Source: Eledone cirrhosa (lineage: Eukaryota). Taken from it: a DNA stretch of 64,000 nucleotides. The notes beneath the pieces are model-generated. The model was given only the letters and a program-made list of their open reading frames with translations, made no database searches and had not been told where the DNA came from. The translations under genes and the position numbers were made by a program. The stretch lies in contig OZ024743.1 in assembly GCA_964016885.1 (NCBI GenBank), forward strand, positions 28,086,001 through 28,150,000, read 5' to 3'. Positions 46,415 through 60,260 of the stretch are shown here, piece by piece (position 1 is the stretch's first letter; every line of letters begins with the position of its first letter).

Positions 46415-46415
<1 letters not shown>
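45843..46415. mobile_element. Family C fold-back insert: ~255-bp-arm near-perfect palindrome + tail; HHR motifs at 46001-46045(-) and 46155-46199(+)
   Basis: Centre near 46100 (cctacgcca-ttttgtt-tggcgtagg); agtca-CTGAAGA-gtcaca/tgtgac-GAAA-gaact-A-tgact. Confidence 0.9.
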
Positions 46416-46445
<30 letters not shown>

Positions 46446-46929
46446 TAAGAGGAATTCCAACTTTGTCTGATTTACTCGTTTTATTTACAATCCTTTAAAA
46501 TTTATAATGGTATTATAATGAAATAGTATGATAGAATATTAAATGTTAAGTGTTAATTGAACAAGTACTTTCACTATATAGTGTATTGCAAAATACACTA
46601 TATATACATTCATATATATATGGCTATTTCAGAGCTCCAATTCTAATTTTTAATTTCTGCTTGACCGGCAACCGCTCTGTATAATCAGTTCCTGATTATT
46701 TACTAGAATTCTATAAGAATATACCATCAGTGATCTCAACAGACGGGAGGGAGTAGTTAGCCTTGATAAGCATCAACAAATGCAGAAACAAGGCCTTGTC
46801 GGCTTTATCTCCCACTGTTTGCTGAGATTAAAGTAAGTGAGTCTGTCACTATTCTATAACAATAGCATACGGTCTTCAAAATGCTTTTAATTAAGCATAA
46901 AGTGTATTGCAAAATACACTATATATACA

Positions 46930-46992
<63 letters not shown>

Positions 46993-46996
<4 letters not shown>

Positions 46997-47418
46997 ATGA
47001 TATTAAATAAATGGAAACTATAATTATAAAACTATATTTATTCTATTATATATATTTCAAGGGTACCAAAACTTTGGTCGCACTCGTCAGATAAAACACA
47101 AAGTTTGTTTTATAAATATTGACATACCCAGGAAGTTCTTAACGGTTCAAGTTTTTCCTGGAAAAATTTGAACCCTTAAGATCTTCTTCCTGGATATGTC
47201 AATATTTATAAAACAAACTTTGTATTTTATCTGATGAGTTCGTACCAAAGTTTTCGTACCCTTCAAATATATATAATAGAATAAATATGGTTTTATAAAT
47301 ATAGTTTCCATTTATTTAATATCATTGATATTATACTCCAGAAAAACTGTCGAGTGCTTCGAATCAGTTATAAACATATATATTTGCTGAATTACTAACA
47401 AATTAAATATTCCTTCTG

Positions 47419-47421
<3 letters not shown>
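46993..47421. mobile_element. Family A fold-back insert; HHR motifs at 47039-47098(-) and 47223-47283(+, GAAA mutated to CAAA)
   Basis: Palindrome centred near 47160 plus unpaired tail; (TA)n flanks. Confidence 0.88.
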
Positions 47422-47471
<50 letters not shown>

Positions 47472-48449
47472 TTTATTCCTGTAGCTCAAGCAACATGCTT
47501 TTATATTGTAATGTTTGTAGTCGTTGCAATAGAGTGTTGCTCAAGGCAATGTTAGGTAAACAAGAAAAGGATATAAAGTGAAATAAAATAGAAATAGAAA
47601 TGAAATACTATTGGGATATGTACAAATAAATGAGTCTTCATGTGTCAGGAACATTCTGTTTTTTGGAGGAAGGTTTCTAATGAAATGTGCTTCCGTAATT
47701 TGGAGGATTACCGTGTTTATATTTACCGCAATGCTTCCTCTACATTCTTCCTTATATTGGAACATTGTACACGCAGTGCTGTTTAGTGCCATCGTACATG
47801 CACGCACATACGTACATGCACATACATGGTCATATAGCAGCACTGTATCCACACATATGCAAGTACTTGTGAACGTTGCACACACGCTACACAACAGCTA
47901 ATGATGTAACACAACGATACAATAGATACCATATGTAGATTGAAAACAGTGCTTCTAGTACGAAGAACAACTTAAGAAAGGAAATGATTCATATAATCTG
48001 TTTTAAAAACATTCATCAAGACCAAAACATGTACAGGACAAATATGAACTCTTCCAAGAAACGACACTTATCAATAAACAAAGGTCATTCCAATATAAAG
48101 CAAACTTAACTAACAGTAAGAAAGAGAAACAATTCTTCCCACAAAATGTGTTTCCAGTACAATACAGGGAATAATCAAGTAAATGTGTCCGAAATATACC
48201 AATATATATAAAAAATATATCTAGAAACCATCTAGTGAAAAAGAAAAAAAAAAAAAAACATATTTAATAGGAACAACTATATCAGAAAAAAATGTATAAA
48301 AGAAATTTAAATACGTACAATACAACGAACGGGAGTGTCATTATGCAACCTACCAGAACTATTAATGATTATAAGTAACACACACAAGACTCATTTTTTA
48401 GACTAAAGACAGAGATAGCCATACAGTGTTTCCCAGACCGAACACAGAG

Positions 48450-49905
48450 GCATAAAAACAATTGTTTTTATTTTTACCAAGACACCAGATGGAAAAAAAA
48501 GAATTGAATGATATTTAAATCGATATTCTATGTAAGGAACTAAAGTTTACACCTACTCCACAAAAATCTAAGGTAGCGGAAAATAAGAACGAATTTTGTC
48601 GTAAACTAAGATTAACCGAACATTTCTTAGAACAAGTTATAGTTGAAGATGAAATCAATTGTCCATAGTAAAAGAAACGTTTCTTAAAAAGAGGGAAGAA
48701 ATGAAGCACAGGACAATTTTTGCGATTGCTTATATATTTTTACAATAGATACCGTAGAAAAGAGGAATGTAAAATCAAATTTCTCACGACTAGAATGGGT
48801 AATTCTCAAAGAAATATAACAATACATTATAATAGAGAAAGCCGATAAAAGAAACGCAGGTGTCATTATGAATTTTTCTTACTATACACAACTCGACAAG
48901 AACTGCTAGAAAATAGTACCTATTATTAAAACATGCCTCATACCTAAAATAACTCTGGAAACCTTTCTTTGATGGCTGTTTTATCTTATCAAACGAAACG
49001 GTAGAAAAACTGGAAGAGCTTTAAAATATTATAGATAGCATAAGTACCAATATTCAATTCAAGATGGAATTTAGCAAGTAATAACTTCCCTTTTAGATAT
49101 TTTGATAAAGATAATAGATGGTCGGATTGAAACAGATGTCTACTATACTTCAACAGACACAAAAGCAATACTTACTATTCACATTCTACAACATAGACCA
49201 AGACATATCCCTTTGACTTTGGCGAAACTAATGTGCACAATTCTTTCCAACCAGAACAATAAGAGACCAAGGGCTGACTGAACTGCAACGTATATTAATC
49301 CTCCAAAACTGTCCCCGCCAGTTTAGTGAAAAATGAAAAAGAAAGAATGAAAAATATAAATATTTAAAATTTACCGACAGTAAAAAACAAAACAGAAAAC
49401 ACTTCCATTTATAACAACATATACTCCGGGGAATATCGAAATCCATAATTATATTCATAGGAAAATAGCCATTTTATATAATGATAAAAAAATGTAAAGA
49501 ATCTTGGAGAATCCAACCAAAACCTTGAGAAAATTACAGATACAGAACTTCCCACGCCCATGAGAAAAACAATGTGGAAGATCTAATTGCGGAATTTGTG
49601 AATATATGCTCGAAGGCTTGACCTTTAGATTCGAAAATGGACAAACTTTTAAACGTAAAAATAGTTTCACATTACATCGGAATAACTGGCAGCAATTTAC
49701 AAAAACGGATCACAGTCCACTGACAATAAATCCGAGATAAAATTACAAAAAATATTTCCTTGAGTGGACATGTATAAAAATAAGCCGGGAGAAACTTTCA
49801 GAATGTTGTACAATTTATCAATTTGCGGATGACATTACTAAACAACAAAGAATAAAGAAGAAGAAATTACTAATTACCAAATATAAACCCCGCTTGAATA
49901 TTTAA
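48450..49905 (+). pseudogene. Highly decayed PLE (Neptune-like) RT-GIY-YIG
   Basis: IIEKADK, IQFKME..LPF.D, ETDVYY..TDT, CGRSNCGICEY, YIGxTG, KYKPRLN across frames. Confidence 0.75.
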
Positions 49906-50142
49906 GAACAATATTCCACCAAAACACTATTTACCAAGTCGCGAGATTATTGCTAATATTCTTACATTTATGAATTTAATATCAAAACGCTAACATCCTT
50001 TCAACGTGTTCTACCATAGCGTTCTACGATATGCTTGAAGATTAAATGACATTTATTTTCAGTAAAAAGTTACAAATAGTATAATCGCTGAAAACCGATT
50101 TAAGTTTCTACTGTGTGGTGATAAACGGTAATTAATATAATT

Positions 50143-50741
50143 AATTGTTTCTACTATTGGCACAAGGCCAGAAATTACCCAGTACATTACTGGTACTTTA
50201 TTTTATCGACCCCGTAAGGATGAAAGGCAAAGTTAACCTCGGCGCGATTTTAACTCAGAATGGCAAGGGCCGTAACTCTATGCGTCAAAGCATGGCGTCC
50301 GACCCTCTACCGATACTGCCAATCCACCGAATTAATGTTACTGTAACATTATTATTGGCAGTATCAGGGCGCTGGATTGAGCAGTATCGGTAGAGGGTCG
50401 GACGTCATGCTTTGACGCATAGAGTTACGGCCCTTTCCATTCTGAGTTCAAATCCTGCCGAGGTCAACTTTACCTTTCATCCTTACGGGGTCGATAAAAT
50501 AAAGTACCAGTAATGTACTGGGTAATTGCTGGCCTTGTGACAAAAGTAGAAACAATTATTATTGGCAGTATCGGTAGAGAGTCGGACGCCATGCTTTCCA
50601 GCATAGTTACATCCCCTTACGGACTGAGTTCAAATCCCGCCGAGATTAACTTTGCCTTTCATCCTTTTGCGGTCGATAAAATAAAGTACCAGTAATGTAC
50701 TGGGTAATTGCTGGCCTTGTGCCAAAGTAGAAACAATTATT
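50143..50741. mobile_element. Cluster of three SINE copies: minus 50143-50330, plus ~50355-50560, plus 50562-50741
   Basis: Each carries the B-box region and conserved core; the first two are head-to-head. Confidence 0.9.
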
Positions 50742-50848
50742 ATAAACTATATAATATTAGATATACTGCTTGAGACATTTTCGTCTTTATATATTATATA
50801 TATGTGTGTGTGTGAGTGTGAAGTGGATGTATATGACTTAATGTGTCA

Positions 50849-50886
<38 letters not shown>

Positions 50887-51399
50887 AGGGACAGAGAGAA
50901 AATATGTAATGATAAAAGGTTATTTTCGTGAATGTCGGCATAGCCTTAAACTATTTAATAGTAAGAGATAGAGATTTTAAAAAACTGGGTTTCAAATGAA
51001 AATTAACGATGAAGTTAGTGAAGATATTTTACCTTGAAATCCTTAAGCTTCAAAAACTCCACTATACAAAACAATAATGAACAAATATGCATGATGAAGT
51101 AATATGAGAGAAATTAGCTATCTAATTGGCTTAATACTTCATACATTTGTGTCAATTACATAAAAAGTGTTGATAGTATCTTGAAGCTGTGTGCTTCAAT
51201 GCAATCAGGTAATGACCCACGGCTTTTCCGATAATCACGAAGTTCATTTATTTCTTTAGGAAATTGTTTTGCATGTGTCGAGATTTCTGGAAAATCTGAT
51301 ACCTAGAAAGAGGGGGATAATTTGTGAAGTACTTAGGGATTATTTTATTTTAACTAAAGCAATCAAATTGTAATTAACATTCAGCTTTTAACTATTTCT

Positions 51400-51670
51400 C
51401 CTCGTCTTTTAACTTTTGGCCTACTGTGATCCCTTGGGACAACATCAAGGGCCTCATATTCATGCACGATGGAGCCCCTATTTATTTTGCACACACGGGT
51501 TGTGAGTGGCTTGATCTCTAATTTCCAGGGAGTTGGCTGTGTCGGTGAGGTTCACATGAATGGCCAACAATAAAACCTGACTTAATGGCATGCGACTTTT
51601 CCTGTGAGGTGAGTGAAGGAAGAACTGTAAAGTTCGAAACCATTGGAGGAACACATTCTTCATTTACTGA
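51400..51670 (+). mobile_element. Tc1/mariner-superfamily transposase C-terminal fossil
   Basis: FMHDGAP..WLD..FPG.W..R.G..EWP..PDL.ACDFFL*G. Confidence 0.75.
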
Positions 51671-51720
51671 GTAACATACAGCCTGTGTTCCTGATGAAGT
51701 CAGTCAATGATAAAACCGAA

Positions 51721-51930
<210 letters not shown>

Positions 51931-52050
51931 CAGTTAATCACCAACACATCGACACTGTTGTATGTAGAACAGAGCACACTCACACACACTCACACACACA
52001 TATATATATATATATAAATATATATACTGGTGAGACTGGTTATATTATAT

Positions 52051-52236
52051 TAGGCACTATCGGTAGAGGGTCGGACGCCATGTTTTGCAGCATATAGTTA
52101 CGGCCCTTTATGATCTGAGTTCAAATCCTGCCGAGGTTAACTTTGCCTTTCATCCTAACGGATTCGATAAAATAAAGTACCAGTAATACACTGGTATAAT
52201 TGCTGGCCTTGTGCCAAAAGTAGAAACAATTATTAT
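52051..52236 (+). mobile_element. tRNA-derived SINE
   Basis: Same family as 13048. Confidence 0.9.
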
Positions 52237-52670
52237 TACTGTCGCTACTATTAGAATCACTGAAACCGAGTGCCATTTATACTTAACTTATATTCGAAGC
52301 AGTCTAGAGTAATATTGTTGTTGTTATAGACAAATCCATCTGCCACAGCAATCGATTTCTAAGATTACCCTCTACTGTTAAAGCATCTGTGAATAATCTG
52401 ATTCCTGAGCATGTGTACGGCCAAATCTAAGACCATGTTGCCACTAAGGAATTGACGGTGGCTGGATGATGGTCGTGGAACTACCTCTGATCATAGCTAG
52501 AATACTTGTATAATCCTTGTGTTGATGCTGTCAGGCTGTTCATTTTAAGGCATATGTCGCCAGAGTTTTGAGGAAGCAACAAAAATGATCAGTCTGGGAC
52601 ATACCGATGAACTGAAACAAAAGAAATAATTTTTATTTCTTGTTCATGTTTTTTTTCTTTTCGTGTAATA

Positions 52671-52729
52671 GCTGTCTGATGAGGTCAAAACTGTTTCATA
52701 ACTGTTATTATCGAAATATATATAACACC
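52671..52729 (+). ncRNA. Minimal hammerhead ribozyme upstream of a (TA)n tract
   Basis: gctgt-CTGATGA-ggt..atc-GAA-ATATATAT-A-acacc. Confidence 0.6.
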
Positions 52730-52866
52730 GGTCTTCTCATTTTCTCAATAATGTGACTTTGATGGATCAAAGAAGAAAAAAGAAAAACCGATTCTTTAAA
52801 TATATTTCCGTGCTGTTTCCATTCCTATTTTTTCTATAACCTCTGTTTTGTATAGAACTTTACTCC

Positions 52867-52922
<56 letters not shown>

Positions 52923-52929
<7 letters not shown>

Positions 52930-53609
52930 ATGCTTTGGGAGGGTCATGTTGCCAATAAGAAACACACGCACCAGTTGCTTTCACTCCAATTTATTATAAG
53001 TTAAATTTATAAATTTAAGAATTTATAAATTTATAAATTTCCGGTTCGTTGGTTGGTTCCACAACCGGACGGTTGTTCATATATTGTCAAACTTCTTTCG
53101 TCACACATTCTGTGACCTCTTCAGTGACTGGGGATTCTTTTCTTTGTTTTTGTGCCTCTCCTTTGTTCTGTCCTACGCCATATTGTTTTTGTGTGTGTTG
53201 TGTGCTTAGTTTGCGCATGTGTTACATCCGGGTGTCTGTGTGTGTTTATGTTTGTTTATGTATTTGTTTATTTACATGTTGGTTGATTGTTCTAGGTGTG
53301 TGTGTGTTTTCATTTTGTCCTTAATTGTAAGTTGTGATGTTGCTATTCCATTCATGTTTTCTATTTAATTTTGGTTGGAAAGAACTTTGACAATATAGGA
53401 ACAACCGTCCGGTTGTGGAACCAACCAACGAACCGGAAATTTATAAATTTATAAATTCTTAAATTTATAAATTTAACTTATAATAAATTGGAATGAAAGC
53501 AACTGGTGCGTGTGTTTCTTATTGGCAACATGACCCTCCCAAAGCATAACAATATCGGTTTCAACACACGTTTTCAAATAAAGAATCTTGCTAAACAAAT
53601 TCAGAAACG

Positions 53610-53613
<4 letters not shown>
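52923..53613. mobile_element. Family C fold-back insert with long inverted arm; HHR motif at 53086-53128(-)
   Basis: 52923-53078 is inverted relative to ~53399-53555; tail to 53613. Confidence 0.88.
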
Positions 53614-53649
<36 letters not shown>

Positions 53650-53770
53650 AATTGGAATTCACCGCCAAAGCGGGGGTTACCTCCGTTGGAGAAAACCACG
53701 TGTCTATAGAAAAAATTTAATGCTAGAGCATACCGCAGAGGCTAAAGAACACAAGACTTGCTGAAGAAGG

Positions 53771-53811
<41 letters not shown>

Positions 53812-53817
<6 letters not shown>

Positions 53818-55637
53818 ATTAAATAACGGACAAATTTATTCAGTTGTTGCAAACATAGATTAACTCAACGTATAAATATAAATTTAAATTTAAAATGTAG
53901 TATATTTAGTTTGTTTTATATTTATATGAGAACTAGCCGATAAATCTTTTGATTCCTAAATCTTTGATTCCCTCTTTTTACTCTTTTTATTGTTTATTTT
54001 ATTTTATTTATTTTTATTTTTATTTTTATCTAAACATTCCTCATGAAAAATTAAGCTACCTTAAAAGCCGATGCTCCAAATTTTTTTGAATTAACCTTAC
54101 ACTAGATAAACTTATATATTAAATATAGGAGCATATGTAGACATTATTGGACATCATAATCTTTTTTTGCGATATTCCTTGCTAGATGTGATTTGATAGA
54201 TAATTTTTGGCTTTGTCTTGTAATGAACTTGGCAATATATTGTCAATTAACTTTGAAGGGTTGTTCTTTGTGGTTTATTTTTATTTTCATTTTTATTTTT
54301 ATTTTTATTTTTATTTTTATTCTTTTAGTATTGTAGTATTCTATAATATTTTTATTTTTTATTTTATTTTATTTTTATTTTTAATATTTTTATATGTAAA
54401 TTTTTATTTTTAATATTTTTATATGTAAATTTTTAATACGTAATATTTTTAATACGTAGTATTTTTAATATGCAATATTTTTATTATGTAATATTCTTTC
54501 GTAATATTTTTTTTTTTAGTTTTCTATTCTATATTCTATATTTTTATATATTTTTACTTATTATCATTATTATTGTTATCTTTGTTTATAATATAATATA
54601 TATTTTCGATTAGTATATTGAAATCTGCTCTCTATTTCTGCTTGATAGATAATCTTGTAGAGTAATCGCAAGAATAATAATACGCTCAAATTTTTATACC
54701 ACATTGAGAATGTTTTCCGGTAACTTAGAATTTGCGGAGTGAATCAGTTGGATTCACATTGATGTTTGTAGCTGTCACATAGACATATGAATTTTTTAAA
54801 AAACTAAACATAAGATAATGAATTTTCACGCATTGTGAATACTTGTTTCATTCAGGAATACTGATATTTACAATATAGTGTAAGTTTTATAAATACTAAT
54901 ACATTAAAACATAGGGTTTTCTACGCCTCGAATATGTCTGGCTATTTTTAAATTTTTTCTCTCTCTATATCTCTCTATATCTCTCTATATATCTCCCTTA
55001 CATTAATACTTGAGCTAAATAAATAAATAAATAAATAAATAAATGCATCATTGATACACTTACTCAAAATGACCTCCCACTACATAATTTTCTATATATA
55101 TATATATGTATTTATCTCTATTTCCTCTCTCTCTCTATATATATATATCTTTCTGTCTCTTTACATGAAGCTCTTCGCTTTATCTATTTTTCCATCTCTC
55201 TATTTTGTCCCATGCATTTCTTCTTTTTCTTTTTCTTTTTCTTTTTCTTTTTCTTTTTCTTTTTCTTTTTCTTCTTTTTCTTCCTTTTCTTTGTTTTGTC
55301 TTTCTTTCTTTCTTATTTCCCTCTTTTCTCTCTCTCTTTCTTTCTCTCTGTATTTTCACTGCTAGCGTAAACCTCTTCAAAAGAAGTTGATGTTTATTAC
55401 GGTATGTTGAATATATTTATCTATAAAACTGTTTATATTGTATTTTGTCTGATGAAGGCATAGCATATTGTTAATATGATATCCCCGAAATATATATAAT
55501 GAAATAAATATGGTTTTTAAATATAGTTTTCCATTTATTTAATATTGTAAATATACTCCAAATATTTGTCGAGTGCTTTTATATCAGTTATAAATAAATA
55601 TTTACTAGTTGTAACCCAACAATTTTAAATATAACTT

Positions 55638-55643
<6 letters not shown>
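53812..55643 (+). mobile_element. Family A PLE 3' remnant (last codons of ORF + 3'UTR + pLTR) with a 13-bp inverted 5' tag
   Basis: Homologous to 3005-4563; acaatattaaata at 53813 is the reverse complement of tatttaatattgt at 55536. Confidence 0.8.
55441..55506 (+). ncRNA. Hammerhead ribozyme, family A
   Basis: tattttgt-CTGATGA-...-GAA-ATATATAT-A-atgaaata. Confidence 0.8.
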
Positions 55644-55677
<34 letters not shown>

Positions 55678-55745
55678 CAAGGTCTAGCAAATAGAGAAAA
55701 AGTTTTAAAATAAATTTTTAAAAATTCGCTGTACTTACAATATGT

Positions 55746-55827
55746 GCCTTAACCGCGGTTTCAAGTTCCATAATAAACGGATAATCCAAGCGGACTTTGA
55801 TTGAGAAGGGAACCATCTTCAGAAGGC
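55746..55827 (-). ncRNA. Hammerhead ribozyme in a ~505 bp non-coding insert (55673-56178)
   Basis: Minus strand: gcctt-CTGAAGA-tg-gttcc...ggaac-tt-GAA-ACCGCGGT (palindrome)-T-aaggc. Confidence 0.8.
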
Positions 55828-56366
55828 TCTTCTCATTCGGAGAATATTAAATTCCCGAGTTCAAATCACAAACTGACGCCATACAAAACCATTCCCAGAT
55901 GAGAGTGAATGATAAAAAAAATAATTCTGTCTGGTACCGTGTGCAAAGACAACAGGCAGGGTGGACAGGTCAATGTCCTGCCACTAGAAATAGCAGCAGA
56001 CCAAACGGCCAAGTTTTATCTCTACCTTAGGGGAGATTAATAATAATAAAGTATGAATTCCTACGTGTAAAAAATACATATAGGGATACAAGTATTATCC
56101 AACAGTATGCTAATGTGGTTCTATGGCGGGTTAATAAATTAACAAGCCAGAAAATATAAAATCAATAAATGAAATCAATATATATATATATATAAATGGA
56201 AGTACAGCATAGTCGAAGCTCGAGCCGCAGCTAAGCCAACGAATGAAATAGCGATGTATACATGAATGTATGTATAGTATATTTGGCAATATACCGTATG
56301 TTTAATTAAAAACATTTAGAAGACCATACGGTATCAGTTTTAAAGGAGTGACTATGTCACTTACTT

Positions 56367-56406
<40 letters not shown>

Positions 56407-56407
56407 T

Positions 56408-56511
<104 letters not shown>

Positions 56512-56777
56512 ATATATTAAATGTATAAATTGAGTTAGGAACTCAAAATAGTCTCTTACAACAGAATAGCTCTAAGAAAGAGATATTTCTGAGCCGTATA
56601 TTATAATAGAATATAAAAGAAAAGCGAACACAGATATATAGATATATGTGTTCAAATCGCAAGAGACCTGATTCGCTAAGGTGAAAAGAATACTAACTAT
56701 AGACAATTGGGTTTGCTTGTCTCGATTTAAGAAAAGGTTAAGAAAATAATTACAAACCGGAATTGTGGTAACTACCA

Positions 56778-56855
56778 ATCACTCAGACAACTTGTTGTTG
56801 TTTCGCAAAGTTAATTGTAAATAGAAATACTAATCCAAGCTCATCAGTGGGTGAT
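56778..56855 (-). ncRNA. Hammerhead ribozyme, family F (inverted arm)
   Basis: Reverse complement of 57033-57110. Confidence 0.85.
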
Positions 56856-57032
56856 AAATTAGTATCCTAGACACATCTATGTATGCTATATTTAAAAAAT
56901 AAAACAGCGCACATGGCATCCTAGCGAGCCCCACAAACCCACACCACTAAAAATAGCAGCCAGATTTACTCGAGATTTGCGCTGTTTTATTTTTATATGT
57001 AGCATACATAGATGTGTCTAGGATACTAATTT

Positions 57033-57110
57033 ATCACCCACTGATGAGCTTGGATTAGTATTTCTATTCACAATTAACTTTGCGAAACAACAACAAGTTG
57101 TCTGAGTGAT
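57033..57110 (+). ncRNA. Hammerhead ribozyme, family F
   Basis: atcaccca-CTGATGA-gc..gc-GAA-acaac-aacaa-gttgt-C-tgagtgat; GUC site at 57102. Confidence 0.88.
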
Positions 57111-57528
57111 TGGTAGTTACCACAATTCCGGTTTGTAATTATCTTCTTAACCTTTTCTTAAATCGAGACAATCAAACCCAATTGTCTATAGTTAGTATTC
57201 TTTTCACCTTAGCGAATCAGGTCTCTTGCGATTTGAACACATATATCTATATAACTGTGTTCGCTTTTCTTTTATATTCTATTATAATATACGGCTCAGA
57301 AATATCTCTTTCTTAGAGCTATTCTGTTGTAAGAGACTATTTTGAGTTCCTAACTCAATTTATACATTTAATATATTCGGCTCCGTTAATTTGTTGAGCT
57401 ATTTCAAATGTCGAGTAAACCTGGCTGCTATTTTTAGTGGTGTGGGTTTGTGAGACTCGCTAGGATGCCATGTGCGCTGTTTTATTTTTTAAATATAGCA
57501 TACATAGATGTGTCTAGGATACTAATTT

Positions 57529-57606
57529 ATCACCCACTGATGAGCTTGGATTAGTATTTCTATTCACAATTAACTTTGCGAAACAACAACAAGTTGTCTG
57601 AGTGAT
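57529..57606 (+). ncRNA. Hammerhead ribozyme, family F (second tandem copy)
   Basis: Same motif; GUC site at 57598. Confidence 0.88.
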
Positions 57607-57893
57607 TGGTAGTTACCACAATTCCGGTTTGTAATTATTTTCTTAACCTTTTCTTAAATCGAGACAAGCAAACCCAATTGTCTATAGTTAGTATTCTTTT
57701 CACCTTAGCGAATCAGGTCTCTTGCGATTTCAAGACATATATCTATATATCTGTGTTCGCTTTTCTTTATATTCTATTATAATATTATAATATGAACAAA
57801 TATATATATATATATGTGTGTGTTTGTGTGTGTGGGTGTGTGCGTGTGCGTTTGGGTGCGTTTGTGTGTGTGTCTGTGTGTGCGTGCGTGTGC

Positions 57894-57927
<34 letters not shown>

Positions 57928-58855
57928 ATAAATACATATATACTTACATATGGACGCATCCTATCACAACAAGTGTCAATATTTACAGCAACTTGATTCC
58001 ATGGAACGTTTGATTACGATTAAGCTACTCAAAATTATTTGAAACCGGTTATTAGGTAAGTGATTGGGTCTAATGTAACAGGAATATAAAACGTCAGCGG
58101 ATGGAAGAAGAAGAAGGAGGAGGAGGAGGAAAGAGAGGAGGAGGGGAAAGAAGAAGAAGAAGAAGAAGAAGAAGAAGAAGAAGAAGAAGATACATTTGGC
58201 ACCACTGAGTGGGTTGGGCAGTAAAGGCAACATGTGTTCCAGTTGAATTTTGCTATGATTGATTAGTGGATACATTTGATGAATTTATAAAAGAAAAAAA
58301 AATATGAAAAAGGGGCGTAGATTTAGTTTTAATCAGGACTTATAACTTGTCTAGATTTGTGTAATATTTTCATTGGAGATTTCTCCAGTTTTCATTCACG
58401 AAAGATCAGCCCCTAATGCTGTGAATAACATGAAGGGTGTAATTCATCTGAGTATAAACGATGAAAAAATATGTAAATAATAATCCCATAACTTAGATGT
58501 AATTATCTAAGACTTGAATCTTATGTTTGACAAGTGAATTGCTTTCAGTAAAAAAAAAAGCCGATAGTTAATATCACCGCAACTATGTAATATATAATTT
58601 TTTTAAACATAAATATATACCATATACCACAAGGAATGATTGAGGATGGCCTTAGCAGGCATTACTAGCTTTTAAGTTTTAAGAAATAGCCAAGTAGGCT
58701 TTCGAGAGACACATGAAAAAAACTAAACAAAACCATAAAAATAAAGAAAACTATATATCACAAAGATTTAATTTCACTGATATATCATACTTTCTAGCTA
58801 TCCACCTATTTTTTTCTACTTGGAATACATTCTGCTATATGTGACATGCTCGACA

Positions 58856-58937
<82 letters not shown>

Positions 58938-59224
58938 AGAGAGAAGAGAGGGAGAGAATGTAAGATGGAGGGAGCAAGAAAGAGTGAGAGAGAGTGTGTG
59001 TATGTGTGTTTGTATGCGTATGTTTATACGCATACAAACACACACAAACACCCTCCCCCCCACACACACACACCACACACACCCACACACACACATCTGT
59101 ATATGTTTGTGTGTATGTGTACGCATGTTTGTATATATTTCTTTATGGCGTCATAGAAAAGAAAGAGGCCTGGGGTCGCAAAAATTAAAAAATAAAATAA
59201 AATAAAATAAAATTTCAAATCCAA

Positions 59225-59900
59225 ACTAGAAATTGCAGGTTTTCACCTTCGAAATAATCACCCTCGATTTTAATGCCCTTACCCATAGTTCTCCACCACG
59301 CCTCCATGTAATGGAAGGATCTTTCTGGGATCCTCCTCAGCTCCATCGTCACGGCCCTCTTTATCGCTTCCTCGTCCGGAAAACGGATCCCTTTGATGAT
59401 CCTCGTGAGCTTCAGGTCAGGTGAGCCGGGAGGTTGCTCCAGAATGGTAATGTTCTTCTCGACCAGAAACTACCTGATGCTCAAGGCGTTGTGAGCCGGC
59501 GCGTTGTCGTGGTGAAGCAGCTACGAGTTGTCCTTCCACTATTTTTTCTGAAGGAAGCAAACGTCGTAGGGTCTCTATGTAAACATGCTGGTTCATTACT
59601 TTACTCTGTGGCAAGAAACTCTATGTGGACGAGGAGAACGTGATCAACATGAGTTTTACTTTGGACTTCTAGTATCTGACTTTCTTCGCCTTTGGCGAAC
59701 CCGGACTTATCAACTGGAGGCTCTGGCACTTGGTCTCCGGGTTGTACTCGACGATCCATAGCACATCACAGGGGGTGACTCTCCCCAGCAAGTCTGGTTC
59801 GGTATCAAGTTACTCGCTCTAGGGTGTCCTAATATACCTGCATGCACCGCTCCTTCTGATCATCGTACAACTGTTTCGCCACCATCTTCGTGGAAGACCA
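59225..59900 (-). mobile_element. Mariner transposase fossil
   Basis: WIVEYNPETKCQS, VMNQHVYIETLRRL, LHHDNAPAH, PDL-like motifs. Confidence 0.8.
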
Positions 59901-59983
59901 CTTCGATAGGAGTGCTGTTTTCATCAAGTAGAGTACCGAGTATCGGCCGATGCTTACTCTACATACGGTAATTAACAAGCATT

Positions 59984-60164
59984 ATGGCAGTATCGGTACA
60001 GGGTCGCACGCCATGCTTTCCAGCATAGTTATGTCCCTTTACGATCTGAGTTCAAATCCCGCCGAGGTTGACTTTGCCTTTCATCCTTACGGGGTCGATA
60101 ACATAAAGTACCAGTAATGCACTGGGTAATTGCTGGCCTTGTGCCTAAAGTAGAAACAATTATT
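59984..60164 (+). mobile_element. tRNA-derived SINE
   Basis: tggcagtatcgg...gagttcaaatcccgccgagg...ggggtcgata...gtagaaacaattatt. Confidence 0.9.
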
Positions 60165-60196
60165 CCTAAACCGATTATAGATGCACACACACACAT

Positions 60197-60260
<64 letters not shown>

